A stretch of 63,980 bases of DNA, filler included. It is 7 parts of 7 records of this genome, joined end to end, with 100 filler letters (N's around TTAATTAATTAA, not from the genome) between each part and the next. Parts side by side here need not be neighbours in the genome. Positions count along the whole stretch, not along the records: positions 26,644 to 51,387 come from SRR31156797_18086; positions 51,488 to 58,812 come from SRR31156797_18115; 5 more parts are not named here. One strand, given 5' to 3'. Position numbers and translations under genes: made by a program. This document shows, piece after piece, positions 50,336-58,812 of this stretch. The notes under the pieces are model-generated. The model saw nothing but the letters and a program-made list of their open reading frames with translations, was not told where the DNA came from and searched no databases. How positions within the stretch are numbered: position 1 is the first letter of the stretch; each line of letters begins with the position of its first letter.

Positions 50336-50520
50336 GAATAAATAATAAACGCTTTTTTTAAAAGCAAAAATAGGCCAATCAAAGAGTCTGTCAAGGTTAT
50401 ATAAACTTCGCTTCGCTCAGACCTTGACAAAATCTTTTATTGACCTAAAAGATGCATTGAGAAAAAAAGCTCGAAAAAAATAAAAGTTTTAGTCAACTTG
50501 CTTGGATTTCAACATAGAAG

Positions 50521-50582
50521 AAGTTAAGAGTAATTAAGAGCTCTCCTTTAACTTCTTAACTAATCGTAATGCCTTTATGGTT
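50521..50582. repeat. AACCATTAAG-family palindrome unit 1 (right part; left 10 bp at 48985-48994)
   Basis: AAGTTAAGAGTAATTAAGAGCTCTCCTTTAACTTCTTAACTAATCGTAATGCCTTTATGGTT aligns with units 2-4. Confidence 0.85.
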
Positions 50583-50607
50583 CAAGAAAAACTACTATTT
50601 AAAATAT

Positions 50608-50702
50608 AACCATTAAGCACTTCGACAAGCTCAGCATAAACAGTGAAGAATAATTAAGGGCTATGCTTTAACTTCATAACTAACCTTAATGTCTTAATGG
50701 TT
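50608..50702. repeat. AACCATTAAG-family palindrome unit 2 with nested CTTCGACAAGCTCAGC
   Basis: AACCATTAAG[CACTTCGACAAGCTCAGCATAAA]CAGTGAAGAATAATTAAG...CTTAATGTCTTAATGGTT. Confidence 0.85.
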
Positions 50703-50729
50703 AAAAAAAAAAGGTCAAATAAAAATACT

Positions 50730-50823
50730 AACCATTAAGCAGTTAAGTATAATTAAGAGCTCTACTTTAGCTTATTAACTAACCTTAATATCGGTTGCTG
50801 AGCGAAGTCGTAGCATAATGGTT
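50730..50823. repeat. AACCATTAAG-family palindrome unit 3 with nested reverse GCTGAGCGAAGTCG
   Basis: AACCATTAAGCAGTTAAGTATAATTAAGAGCTC...CTTAATATC[GGTTGCTGAGCGAAGTCGTAGC]ATAATGGTT. Confidence 0.85.
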
Positions 50824-50832
50824 CAAAAACTA

Positions 50833-51249
50833 TCATTTAGGCAGTCTTCTAAAATACTCATTTACAAAAGGCTTTATTGTTTCGGTAATGTTCATAACAT
50901 TAAAGTTAATTAAAAGGCCTTGTGGTTTTTTCAACAACTTCATGTATGTAATCAACTGTGCCTCATGTATTGGCAAGGTCTGCTCAATCGCTTTCAACTC
51001 GACGATAACAGTGTCATTTACCAGTAAATCTAAGCATAATTCTGCCTCAATATCAATTGTGTCGTAAACTACAGGAACTTTTACCTGCTGCTTCACATCG
51101 TAACCCTTCTTTACTAATTCGTGTTTTAAACACTTCTCATATATACTTTCCAATAAACCTGGACCAAGTGCTTTATGAACTTTGATAGCCATTCCAGTAA
51201 TCTCATAGGATAGATGAGTCACATCAGTTTTTGTTTTGTAATAATCCAT
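50833..51249 (-). CDS. GxxExxY protein (PD-(D/E)XK-like nuclease fold)
   Basis: VHKALGPGLLESIY, DLLV...VELK, HEAQL..Y.K and GLLINF motifs. Confidence 0.93.
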   Translation of the reverse strand: MDYYKTKTDVTHLSYEITGMAIKVHKALGPGLLESIYEKCLKHELVKKGYDVKQQVKVPVVYDTIDIEAELCLDLLVNDTVIVELKAIEQTLPIHEAQLITYMKLLKKPQGLLINFNVMNITETIKPFVNEYFRRLPK

Positions 51250-51314
51250 GGGTAATAAATAAGCTTTGAAAACTAACTTGTTTGATCTATAAAACTAGTA
51301 AAATCAAATAATTA

Positions 51315-51386
51315 AACTATTAAAAATATAAGAATAATAAAAATCATGAATGTAACTTCTTAACTAATCTTAATACCTTAATGGTT
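51315..51386. repeat. AACCATTAAG-family palindrome unit 4 (upstream of GxxExxY)
   Basis: AACTATTAAAAATATAAGAATAATAAAA...TAACTTCTTAACTAATCTTAATACCTTAATGGTT. Confidence 0.8.
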
Positions 51387-51487
51387 TNNNNNNNNNNNNN
51401 NNNNNNNNNNNNNNNNNNNNNNNNNNNNNNNTTAATTAATTAANNNNNNNNNNNNNNNNNNNNNNNNNNNNNNNNNNNNNNNNNNNN

Positions 51488-52321
51488 ACCTATATGACCC
51501 TGAACAACTCCTTCTTCGTGGCCCTGGACAACAGCCTGCGGGAGGCCTGCGAAGCCCGGGGCGACCGGCTGCTGAGCTACAATCCCGATCTGGATCAGAT
51601 CAGACAGATCCACCAGATTCAGGACATGATCTCCCTGGGCGTGGACGCCATCTTCCTGAACCCTGTGGACTGGAAGGGCATCCGCCCGGCTCTGGAGGAG
51701 GCCCGGAGGGCGGGGATCCCCGTGATCGTCGTGGACGCCCCGGTCTTCGATAGCGAATTGGTTGTCTCTACCATAGCCTCGAATAACTACGGGGCCGGGG
51801 TCCTGATCGGGCTTGATCTTCTGGGACGCCGGAAGGCCGGCTCCATCGTCATTCTGGACCATCCGACCAACAAGCCCTCCATCGACCGGCTGCAGGGCTT
51901 TCTGGATACCCTGGAGGGACATGAGGACTTCAAGGTCATCGCCACGGGCAGCGCCTTCGGTTCCCTGGACGGCGCCGTTCCGGTGATGGAGAATATCATC
52001 CAGACCCATCGCAGGATAAGCGTTATCTTCTGTACCAACGATCCCACGGCCCAGGGGGCCGTCGCCGCCCTGGAGGCGGCCAATGTGAATCAGAATATTC
52101 TGATCTACGGGATAGACGGTTCTCCCGAGGGGATGGCCCTGGTCAGGGAGGAGAAGATGATGGCCACGGTGGCCCAGTCTCCCATCAGCATCGGAGAGGA
52201 AGCCCTGGTACAAGCCCTGAACCATATAGAAGGGCGTCCCGTAGACGCCCGCGTCACCATTCCGGTAACCTTGATAAACAGCGGGAACATCCGTCAGTAC
52301 CCCTTTAACCGCTGGCGTTGA
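51488..52321 (+). CDS. Sugar ABC transporter substrate-binding protein (RbsB-like), 5'-truncated
   Basis: NNSFF, IPVIVVD, SNNYGAG, ND..A.GA, GIDG and TVAQ motifs. Confidence 0.88.
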   Translation, partial: TYMTLNNSFFVALDNSLREACEARGDRLLSYNPDLDQIRQIHQIQDMISLGVDAIFLNPVDWKGIRPALEEARRAGIPVIVVDAPVFDSELVVSTIASNNYGAGVLIGLDLLGRRKAGSIVILDHPTNKPSIDRLQGFLDTLEGHEDFKVIATGSAFGSLDGAVPVMENIIQTHRRISVIFCTNDPTAQGAVAALEAANVNQNILIYGIDGSPEGMALVREEKMMATVAQSPISIGEEALVQALNHIEGRPVDARVTIPVTLINSGNIRQYPFNRWR

Positions 52322-52343
52322 GCTCCCGGCAGGAGAGATAAAA

Positions 52344-53336
52344 GTGAAAAGCATCTTACAGGATATGGCGGGGAATCCCCTGTCCCTCCGTCACATCGCC
52401 ATCAGGTTTCAGACCTTTTTCAGACGCTACGGGGCGACCCTTGTCGGGCTTTTCGTCCTGGGTACGGTGATGACCTTCCTCACTCCCGTATTCCTGACCC
52501 CTTCCAATCTGATGAATGTCATGCGCCAGGTCTCTACCAACGGCATGCTGGCCATGGCCATGACCTTTGTCATCCTGACGGGGGGGATCGATCTCTCCGT
52601 CGGATCGGTCGCAGCCTTTACGGGAACCCTTTCGGCGGGATTGATCGCCGTATCGGATCTGCCCGTCGGGTCTGCGGTGCTGATCGCCCTCCTCTGCGGC
52701 CTGGCGATCGGCTCTCTCAACGGTCTAATCATCGCCAATACGGGGATAGCCCCGTTCATCGTGACCCTGGCCATGATGAATATCGCCAGGGGGCTGGCCT
52801 ATATCTATACCGACGGCCTTCCCGTAAGGGTGGTCGTCGAGTCGTACAACCGCATCGGACTCGGCTACCTGGGGCCCGTTCCCTTCCAGGTCATCTACCT
52901 GATCCTGCTTTTTCTTCTGCTGGACCTCATCCTGAAGCGAACCACCTTCGGCCGCCAGGTCTATGCGGTGGGGGACAGCCGGGAGGCCGCCTACTTCGCG
53001 GGCATCAAGGTGAACCGCGTCCGTTTCTCGGTTTACGCCCTTTCGGGACTGATCACCGCCTTTACGGGCGTGGTTCTCTCCGCCAGGCTGTATTCGGGGC
53101 AGCCCACCGCCGCCCAGGGCTTCGAGCTGGACGCCATAGCCGCCTGCGTGCTCGGCGGCGCCAGCATGTCGGGCGGATCGGGTCGGCTGACGGGCACCCT
53201 CCTGGGGGCCATGATCATAGGGGTGCTCAACAACGGTCTCAATCTGCTGAATATAAACTCGTTCTGGCAGCTGGTGGTCAAGGGGCTGGTGATCCTGATC
53301 GCCGTCTACCTGGACGATCTGAAGAAACGGAGATAA
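52344..53336 (+). CDS. Sugar ABC transporter permease (RbsC-like)
   Basis: GGIDLSVGS, PFIVTL, FGR..YAVG and ELDAIAA..LGG motifs. Confidence 0.92.
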   Translation: MKSILQDMAGNPLSLRHIAIRFQTFFRRYGATLVGLFVLGTVMTFLTPVFLTPSNLMNVMRQVSTNGMLAMAMTFVILTGGIDLSVGSVAAFTGTLSAGLIAVSDLPVGSAVLIALLCGLAIGSLNGLIIANTGIAPFIVTLAMMNIARGLAYIYTDGLPVRVVVESYNRIGLGYLGPVPFQVIYLILLFLLLDLILKRTTFGRQVYAVGDSREAAYFAGIKVNRVRFSVYALSGLITAFTGVVLSARLYSGQPTAAQGFELDAIAACVLGGASMSGGSGRLTGTLLGAMIIGVLNNGLNLLNINSFWQLVVKGLVILIAVYLDDLKKRR

Positions 53337-53343
53337 AGAGAAA

Positions 53344-54495
53344 TCAACTTCCGGATAAAAGTTCTTTAAGAAAGCTTCGCACGTTATGAACCCATATGTC
53401 TTTTTGAATCGGATATGGTTCTGTAACGGGAGCGATAACATACGCTTTGTCCGGGCCGATATCCTCTAAGGCATTATAGAAACCCTTCGTCGGTTTGGGC
53501 GCCTGGGATGATTTTATTTCAATGGCAATCTTCTTCAGTCCCTTTTCCATAATCAAATCAATTTCGGCGCCATTTGAAGACCTGTAAAAGCAGGGAGTAT
53601 AACGGGGGAGGTGCTCTGTGATTGTAGATATGATAAAGGCTTCGTAGCTATTCCCGAGACATGGGTGTCCCAGAAGGTCATTGTAACTCTCAATCCCCAG
53701 GAGGCAGTGGATGAGTCCTGTGTCACGTATGTAAATTTTGGGTGATTTCACAAGTCTCTTTTTTGTGTTTGCATGATACGGGCGTAGCCTGCGGATGATG
53801 AATGTCCCTTCAAGGATATCCAGATAGCGTCTTACCGTTGGAACGCTAACACCCAGAGATGAAGCCAGTTCGCTTTGATTCAGCAGATTTCCGCTGACAT
53901 GGGCTAGCATGGTCCATAATCTCCTTAAGGTTTCCGCCGGGATATCGAAGCCCAGTTGGGGAATGTCTCTTTCTAGGAACGTTCTTATATAGTTAATTCT
54001 CCATTCAAAGCTGCTTTCTTCATCAAGAATATAGCTGTCAGGATAGCCTCCCTGCAGCCATAATTTCTGCAGTTCATTTGCCTCCAGGGCTGTAAAGGGT
54101 GGAATTTCGATATAGGATATTCGACCGGCCAGGGATTCGGAACTTTGACGGATGAGATCTCGCGACGCCGATCCCAGAAGAAGCAGCTGGCCGGGACGGT
54201 TTGTCATATCAAGGAAGGGACGGAATAACCGGAATATTTCAGGATACATCTGAACTTCATCAATACAGATGAGAGACCTGCTATTCGCTTCCAGGAAGGC
54301 CAGGGGCTCCCGAAGTTTTGCATAATCCCTGGGATCTTCAAGATCCAGATAGACGGCGTTCTCATATTTCCCGATAATCCGCTTTGCAAGGGTCGATTTG
54401 CCCACCTGTCTTGCTCCCAGAAGGACTACTGCGGGGAACGACGAAAGGTGTTTAAGTATGATTTCTTCTTGAAAACGATCTATATAACCATGCAT
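53344..54495 (-). CDS. AAA+ ATPase with DUF4143 domain
   Basis: GARQVGKS, IDEVQ, ESLAGR, GGYP, K.PKIY..DTG and EIDL...IEIK motifs; lower GC than its flanks. Confidence 0.9.
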   Translation of the reverse strand: MHGYIDRFQEEIILKHLSSFPAVVLLGARQVGKSTLAKRIIGKYENAVYLDLEDPRDYAKLREPLAFLEANSRSLICIDEVQMYPEIFRLFRPFLDMTNRPGQLLLLGSASRDLIRQSSESLAGRISYIEIPPFTALEANELQKLWLQGGYPDSYILDEESSFEWRINYIRTFLERDIPQLGFDIPAETLRRLWTMLAHVSGNLLNQSELASSLGVSVPTVRRYLDILEGTFIIRRLRPYHANTKKRLVKSPKIYIRDTGLIHCLLGIESYNDLLGHPCLGNSYEAFIISTITEHLPRYTPCFYRSSNGAEIDLIMEKGLKKIAIEIKSSQAPKPTKGFYNALEDIGPDKAYVIAPVTEPYPIQKDIWVHNVRSFLKELLSGS

Positions 54496-54526
54496 ATTTA
54501 AAGTTTAACTTTAAAATTACATGGTT
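54486..54526. promoter_or_regulatory. 41-bp palindrome overlapping the DUF4143 ATPase start codon
   Basis: AACCATG-CATAT-TTAAAGTT-T-AACTTTAA-AATTA-CATGGTT. Confidence 0.6.
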
Positions 54527-54551
54527 GCAATAATCCCTCCTTATAATAAAT

Positions 54552-54598
54552 AAAAAAAGCCGGTTCGGAAGAAGGAGAAAGAAACTTCCGAAACCGGC
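54552..54598 (-). terminator. Intrinsic terminator of the minus-strand sugar ABC operon
   Basis: GCCGGTTCGGAAG...CTTCCGAAACCGGC stem with T7 on the minus strand. Confidence 0.75.
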
Positions 54599-54634
54599 GG
54601 GATTATTCGACAGGCCCCCTCGCAGGGGGCGGAT

Positions 54635-55591
54635 TCAGCTTCTCATATTGGCGACCCGGAACTTATCGATGACCACGGCCACGATGATCACCACGCCGCG
54701 GATGACCAGCTGCCAGAAGTAGGATATGTTCAGAACCGTCAATCCGTTGTTCAGAACGGCGATGATCAGGGCTCCGATCAGGGTTCCGAAGATGCCCCCT
54801 ATCCCTCCGGTCATACTGGTTCCTCCCAGGATAACCGCGGCGATGGCGTCCAGTTCGTAGCTCTGGCCCAGAAGGCCGTTGGCGCTGTACAGGCGGCTGG
54901 AGAGCATGATGCCCGCCAGTCCCGAGAGGAGCCCGCTCAGGCCGTAGACGATGAGCATGATCTTCCAGGTTTTGATACCCGTCAGCTTGGCGGCCTCTTC
55001 GTTGCCGCCCACGGCGTAGATCCTGACGCCCGTTACGGTCCGCCTGAGCAGAAACCAGACCGCCAGCACGATGATCAGGGCTATGGCCGACAGCCAGGGG
55101 AGGGGACCGATATAGTCGTTTCCTATCCAGGCGTAGTTCAGGTCGTTGTTGATCACCGTGGTACCGTTGGCCAGCAGATAGGCCGCCCCGCGGAAGGCGG
55201 TCATGCTTCCCAGGGTCACGATAAAGGGGGGCAGCCCCACAAAGGAGATCAGCGCCCCGTTGACCAGGCCTATGAGGAGTCCGAAAAGGAGTCCCAGGGG
55301 GACGGCCAGAGGGGCCAGGCCGGGCATCAGGGAGACGGAGAGGGAGATAACGGCTCCCGAGGCCACTATGGAGCCTACGGACAGATCGATCCCCCCGGTC
55401 AGGATGACCACGGTCATACCCGCGGCCAGAACGATATTCATCGACGCCTGACGCAGGATGTTGGTCATGTTATGGCTGGTCATAAAGTTGGGACTCAGCA
55501 TAGAGAAAAAGATCAGGATCAGTATGAGGATCGGAAAGATCCCCAGGTTCTTCAATATATTCGTGTTTTTCAGTGACAGGGATTTCGTCAT
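54635..55591 (-). CDS. Sugar ABC transporter permease (RbsC-like)
   Basis: GGIDLSVGS, PPFIVTLG, YAVGGN and YELDAIAAV motifs. Start moved to ATG 55591 (RBS GGAGG). Confidence 0.92.
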   Translation of the reverse strand: MTKSLSLKNTNILKNLGIFPILILILIFFSMLSPNFMTSHNMTNILRQASMNIVLAAGMTVVILTGGIDLSVGSIVASGAVISLSVSLMPGLAPLAVPLGLLFGLLIGLVNGALISFVGLPPFIVTLGSMTAFRGAAYLLANGTTVINNDLNYAWIGNDYIGPLPWLSAIALIIVLAVWFLLRRTVTGVRIYAVGGNEEAAKLTGIKTWKIMLIVYGLSGLLSGLAGIMLSSRLYSANGLLGQSYELDAIAAVILGGTSMTGGIGGIFGTLIGALIIAVLNNGLTVLNISYFWQLVIRGVVIIVAVVIDKFRVANMRS

Positions 55592-55592
55592 T

Positions 55593-57122
55593 TCAACCCT
55601 CCTTGCTAAAGCTGTAATCCGCCTCCCGGACACCGGTGGCGTAGGACATGATATTTTCCTGTGTGATCTGTTCGCGGTCGGTGATCTCACCAATGATCTC
55701 TCCCTCCCGCATGACAAGTACCCTCTGACAGACGCCCACGATCTCCGGGAGTTCGCTGGAGATAAAGATCACCGCCACCCCCCGGGAGGCCAGCTCGCCG
55801 ATGATGCGGTAGATCTCGCTTTTGGCTCCCACGTCGACGCCCCGGGTGGGTTCGTCCAGGATCAGAACCCTGGGATTGATGGCCAGCCAGCGGGCCAGAA
55901 GGACCTTCTGCTGGTTTCCTCCCGAGAGCTTCTGAACCCTGACGGAGGGGGAGGTGACCTTTATGTTCAGATCGCTGATGGAATCTCCCGAGAACCTGTC
56001 TCCCGTTCCCTTGGGAAGAACGCCCCCCCGGGAGAGCCTGGTCAGGACATTCATGCCGATATTGTCTCCAACGCTCATATCAAGAAAGAGCCCTTGGAGT
56101 TTGCGGTCCTCGGGGACGTAGCCGATTCCGTTGCCGATGGCGTCGCCGGGGGCGTGGATGGCGATGCCTTCCCCGTCCAGAAAGACCTGGCCGGATGTTT
56201 TGCGGTCCACACCGAAGATCATCCTCGCCAGTTCGGTCCGGCCGGCTCCCACCAGTCCCGACAGGCCCAGTATCTCCCCGGCCCCCACATCGAAGCTGGC
56301 GTTCCGTACCAGCTTGCCGTCGGAGAAGTTCTCCACCACAAAGGTGCCCCTGCGGACATGGGTGTTCACTTCGTGTTTATAGAAATCGTCCAGAGACCGG
56401 CCTACCATCATGGAGACGACTCTGTCCGAATCGATTTCTTCTTTATCCAGGGTGCCGATGTACTTTCCGTCCCGGAGGACGCTGACGCGGTCGGCTATCC
56501 TGGTCACCTCGTTGAGGCGGTGGCTTATATAGATGATGGATATCCCCTGGTCCCTCAGGCCCAGGACGACTTCGAAGAGCTTTTCCGTCTCCCGGTCGCT
56601 CAGGGCGGCGGTGGGCTCGTCCATGATCAGCACCTTGCTCTCGTGGATCAGGGCCCGGGCGATCTCGATCTGCTGCTGTTCGGCGATGGAGAGATTTCCC
56701 GCCGTCATGGCCGGATCGTAGTCCGCGCCGAGCCTCTCCAGTACCCCTTTCGAGCGTTTTATCATCTCATCCCGGCGCACCAGGTGGTACCGGGAGATCT
56801 CGCTGCCCATGAAAATGTTTTCCGCGACGCTGAGGTTGGGAGCGACGCTCAGCTCCTGGTAGATCAGGTTGATTCCCTTTTGGATGGCATCCAGGGTGCC
56901 GGATATTTCAACCCTCTCGCCCCCCAGCCAGATCTCGCCTTCATCGGCGGTGTAGACGCCGGCCAGGATCTTCATAAGGGTGCTCTTGCCGGCTCCGTTT
57001 TCGCCCATTACGACATGGACTTCTCCGGGCCTTATCTCCAGCTCCGCCTTGTCCAGGGCTTTGACCCCCGGAAAGGACTTGCTCAGGCCCGTCACACGGA
57101 GTGTTAATTCATCATTATTCAT
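55593..57122 (-). CDS. Sugar ABC transporter ATP-binding protein (RbsA-like, two ABC domains)
   Basis: [22 protein letters not shown] and DEPTRGVD motifs. Confidence 0.95.
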   Translation of the reverse strand: MNNDELTLRVTGLSKSFPGVKALDKAELEIRPGEVHVVMGENGAGKSTLMKILAGVYTADEGEIWLGGERVEISGTLDAIQKGINLIYQELSVAPNLSVAENIFMGSEISRYHLVRRDEMIKRSKGVLERLGADYDPAMTAGNLSIAEQQQIEIARALIHESKVLIMDEPTAALSDRETEKLFEVVLGLRDQGISIIYISHRLNEVTRIADRVSVLRDGKYIGTLDKEEIDSDRVVSMMVGRSLDDFYKHEVNTHVRRGTFVVENFSDGKLVRNASFDVGAGEILGLSGLVGAGRTELARMIFGVDRKTSGQVFLDGEGIAIHAPGDAIGNGIGYVPEDRKLQGLFLDMSVGDNIGMNVLTRLSRGGVLPKGTGDRFSGDSISDLNIKVTSPSVRVQKLSGGNQQKVLLARWLAINPRVLILDEPTRGVDVGAKSEIYRIIGELASRGVAVIFISSELPEIVGVCQRVLVMREGEIIGEITDREQITQENIMSYATGVREADYSFSKEG

Positions 57123-57138
57123 ACGATCTTTCCTGCAT

Positions 57139-57175
57139 AAAAAACGGCTCCCGCCTCCGGGGAAACGGGAGCCGT
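57139..57175 (-). terminator. Internal hairpin/partial terminator between the binding-protein and ATPase genes
   Basis: ACGGCTCCCG...CGGGAGCCGT stem with a T-run on the minus strand. Confidence 0.65.
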
Positions 57176-57199
57176 CGATTTTCTTCCTCGAAGGAATAC

Positions 57200-58165
57200 T
57201 TACTTACTGGTCCAGCCCTTGTAGGAGCCTACGTTTTCGGCGGTGATCAGCTCGACGGGGATCAGGATGGTTTCTTCGGCGGGCTTATTGCCCTGCATGA
57301 TTTCCCAGCCGATCTCGACGGCGGTCTTGGCCATGGTGTAGGGATCCTGAGCGGGGGTGGCTTCGAAGATGGTGCCGGGTTCGACAAGAGCCACCTCGGC
57401 ATCGGGGGAACCGTCGACGCCGACAACGAACATTTCGGACTCTCTCTTGGCCTGCTTGATGGCCAGTTCGCATCCGATGCCGGTGGGGTCGTTGATGGCG
57501 AATACCGCATCGATCTCGGGGAAGGCGGTCAGCAGGTCCTGCATAACGCGCAGCCCGCCGTCACGGCTGCCGCCGGCGTTCTGGTTTTCCGAAAGGATCT
57601 CGATTCCGGGATTCTTGGCGAAGACTTCCTTGGCGCCGTTAACGCGGTCGATGACGGCGGTTACGGGAGGACCGTTGGCGATAACGACCTTTCCCTCTCC
57701 TCCCAGCTTCTCAACTATGTATTCACCGGCCTGGACGCCGGCCTGATAGTTGTTGGATGTTACGGTGGCGTCAACGCCCCCGTCGGCTCCCACATCGGCG
57801 GCGATGACTATGACGCCCGCTTCCTTGGCTCTGCGGACGGCGGGAGCGATTCCTTTTGAGTCTACGGCGTTGAGAACGATGATCTGCACACCGGAGGCTA
57901 CGAAGTTTTCGATCTGGTTAACCTGCTTGTTCAGGTCGTACTGAGCGGACTCAACGGCTACGCGAACTCCCGAACCGCCTATCTCGGAAGCGGCGGCCTT
58001 GGTTCCCTCTCCCATCTGGAAGAAGAAGGGGTTTCCGATATCTCCGAGGGTAATGCCCACGGCCTTCAGCTCTGCGGGGCCCTCTGACGCGGCCTCCTGC
58101 TGCCCGTTTGCGAATGCACTGAATGCAACCATTGTGATCAGGAGAAGTGTTACTAACTTTTTCAC
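57200..58165 (-). CDS. Sugar ABC transporter substrate-binding protein (RbsB-like)
   Basis: Spirochaete-style signal [22 protein letters not shown] and GVDG motifs. GTG start after AAGGAGG. Confidence 0.92.
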   Translation of the reverse strand: MKKLVTLLLITMVAFSAFANGQQEAASEGPAELKAVGITLGDIGNPFFFQMGEGTKAAASEIGGSGVRVAVESAQYDLNKQVNQIENFVASGVQIIVLNAVDSKGIAPAVRRAKEAGVIVIAADVGADGGVDATVTSNNYQAGVQAGEYIVEKLGGEGKVVIANGPPVTAVIDRVNGAKEVFAKNPGIEILSENQNAGGSRDGGLRVMQDLLTAFPEIDAVFAINDPTGIGCELAIKQAKRESEMFVVGVDGSPDAEVALVEPGTIFEATPAQDPYTMAKTAVEIGWEIMQGNKPAEETILIPVELITAENVGSYKGWTSK

Positions 58166-58419
58166 CTGAACCTCCTTTGATAAAATAAAATGTAAATTAA
58201 TTGTAAATCAGAATGCGGATATGTCAACTTATAAGTTTGCAAATGTTGTTTAATTGACAATTGAATTGATAATTTGTTGTCTTATATGAGGTTGTGGCAG
58301 CTTTCTACGATGAGTCTATGGAATTTAATCTGTTGGGATCTATTATTTTGATAAGAAATTTGTCAAATAGATTGATAAGAAGACAGCCCTCCGGGGCTTT
58401 GAATCCGCAGTAATAAGAA

Positions 58420-58453
58420 GGCCTCCCGTCTTCAACGAAGAAGACGGGAGGCC
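58420..58453. terminator. Strong hairpin downstream of the 47-aa ORF
   Basis: GGCCTCCCGTCTTC-AACGAA-GAAGACGGGAGGCC, a perfect 14-bp stem. Confidence 0.65.
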
Positions 58454-58505
58454 CGGGCTGCTATGAAAAAGTCCAACAGGGAGTGAATGTTGTGAACTAT
58501 GAAAA

Positions 58506-58649
58506 TCAGGAGAAGAAGAGAAGGACCCCGATGGTGCTCGCGCTGAGGATCATCAGCATGGTCAGGGCGCCGATCAGAAGGACATCGACGGGCGTTATGC
58601 TGGGGTACCTGTGTTTACAAAGCCTGCGGCAAAGATTTGACTCGGGCAT
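58506..58649 (-). CDS. Small (47 aa) membrane protein, missed by the ORF track
   Basis: RBS AAAGGAG. Translation MPESNLCRRLCKHRYPSITPVDVLLIGALTMLMILSASTIGVLLFFS. GC-rich third codon positions like neighbouring genes. Confidence 0.65.
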   Translation of the reverse strand: MPESNLCRRLCKHRYPSITPVDVLLIGALTMLMILSASTIGVLLFFS

Positions 58650-58669
58650 CGGATTCTCCTTTCGGTTGT

Positions 58670-58733
58670 GTAAACTGATCAGTTTACCTGTACGATAGTG
58701 AAATCCTCTGAAAGTGTAAATAGTTCAGTTTAC
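58670..58733. promoter_or_regulatory. Two 18-bp operator-like palindromes in a divergent promoter
   Basis: Perfect GTAAACTGATCAGTTTAC (58670-58687) and imperfect GTAAATAGTTCAGTTTAC (58716-58733). Confidence 0.7.
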
Positions 58734-58789
58734 TTTTTTTATTTTTTTCGGATAATGGATAGCAAGAGGGACCAGGGAACGGAGGGCAT

Positions 58790-58812
58790 ATGAAGCTTAC
58801 GGAACAGAAGCG
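58790..58812 (+). CDS. N-terminal fragment (MKLTEQK..), possibly a TetR-family regulator
   Basis: RBS GGAGG plus ATG; only 7 codons are visible, so the family is a guess. Confidence 0.3.

Larger units (their letters stand above)
48995..50517 (+). mobile_element. IS110-family (IS1111-type) insertion sequence, about 1.52 kb, inserted in a palindromic repeat at an AAG core
   Basis: Sub-terminal IRs TATGTTTGAAA (48999-49009) / TTTCAACATA (50507-50516). AAG on both sides (48992-48994, 50518-50520). Removal restores an intact repeat unit. Long non-coding right end. Confidence 0.85.

Noticed and set aside
50239-50430. 63-aa minus-strand ORF in the IS right end
   Set aside because: No homology cues; the region is better explained as structured ncRNA.
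50521-50823. CRISPR array
   Set aside because: Units are long (60-95 bp), degenerate and palindromic, with short A-rich gaps rather than unique constant-length spacers. No cas genes.
55458-57859. Long antisense ORFs (549 aa, 252 aa; likewise 51440-52354 and 52725-53441)
   Set aside because: Shadow frames of GC-rich ABC transporter genes with no recognisable motifs.
58483-58698. 71-aa plus-strand ORF
   Set aside because: Antisense to a better-supported 47-aa ORF with RBS and host-like codon usage.
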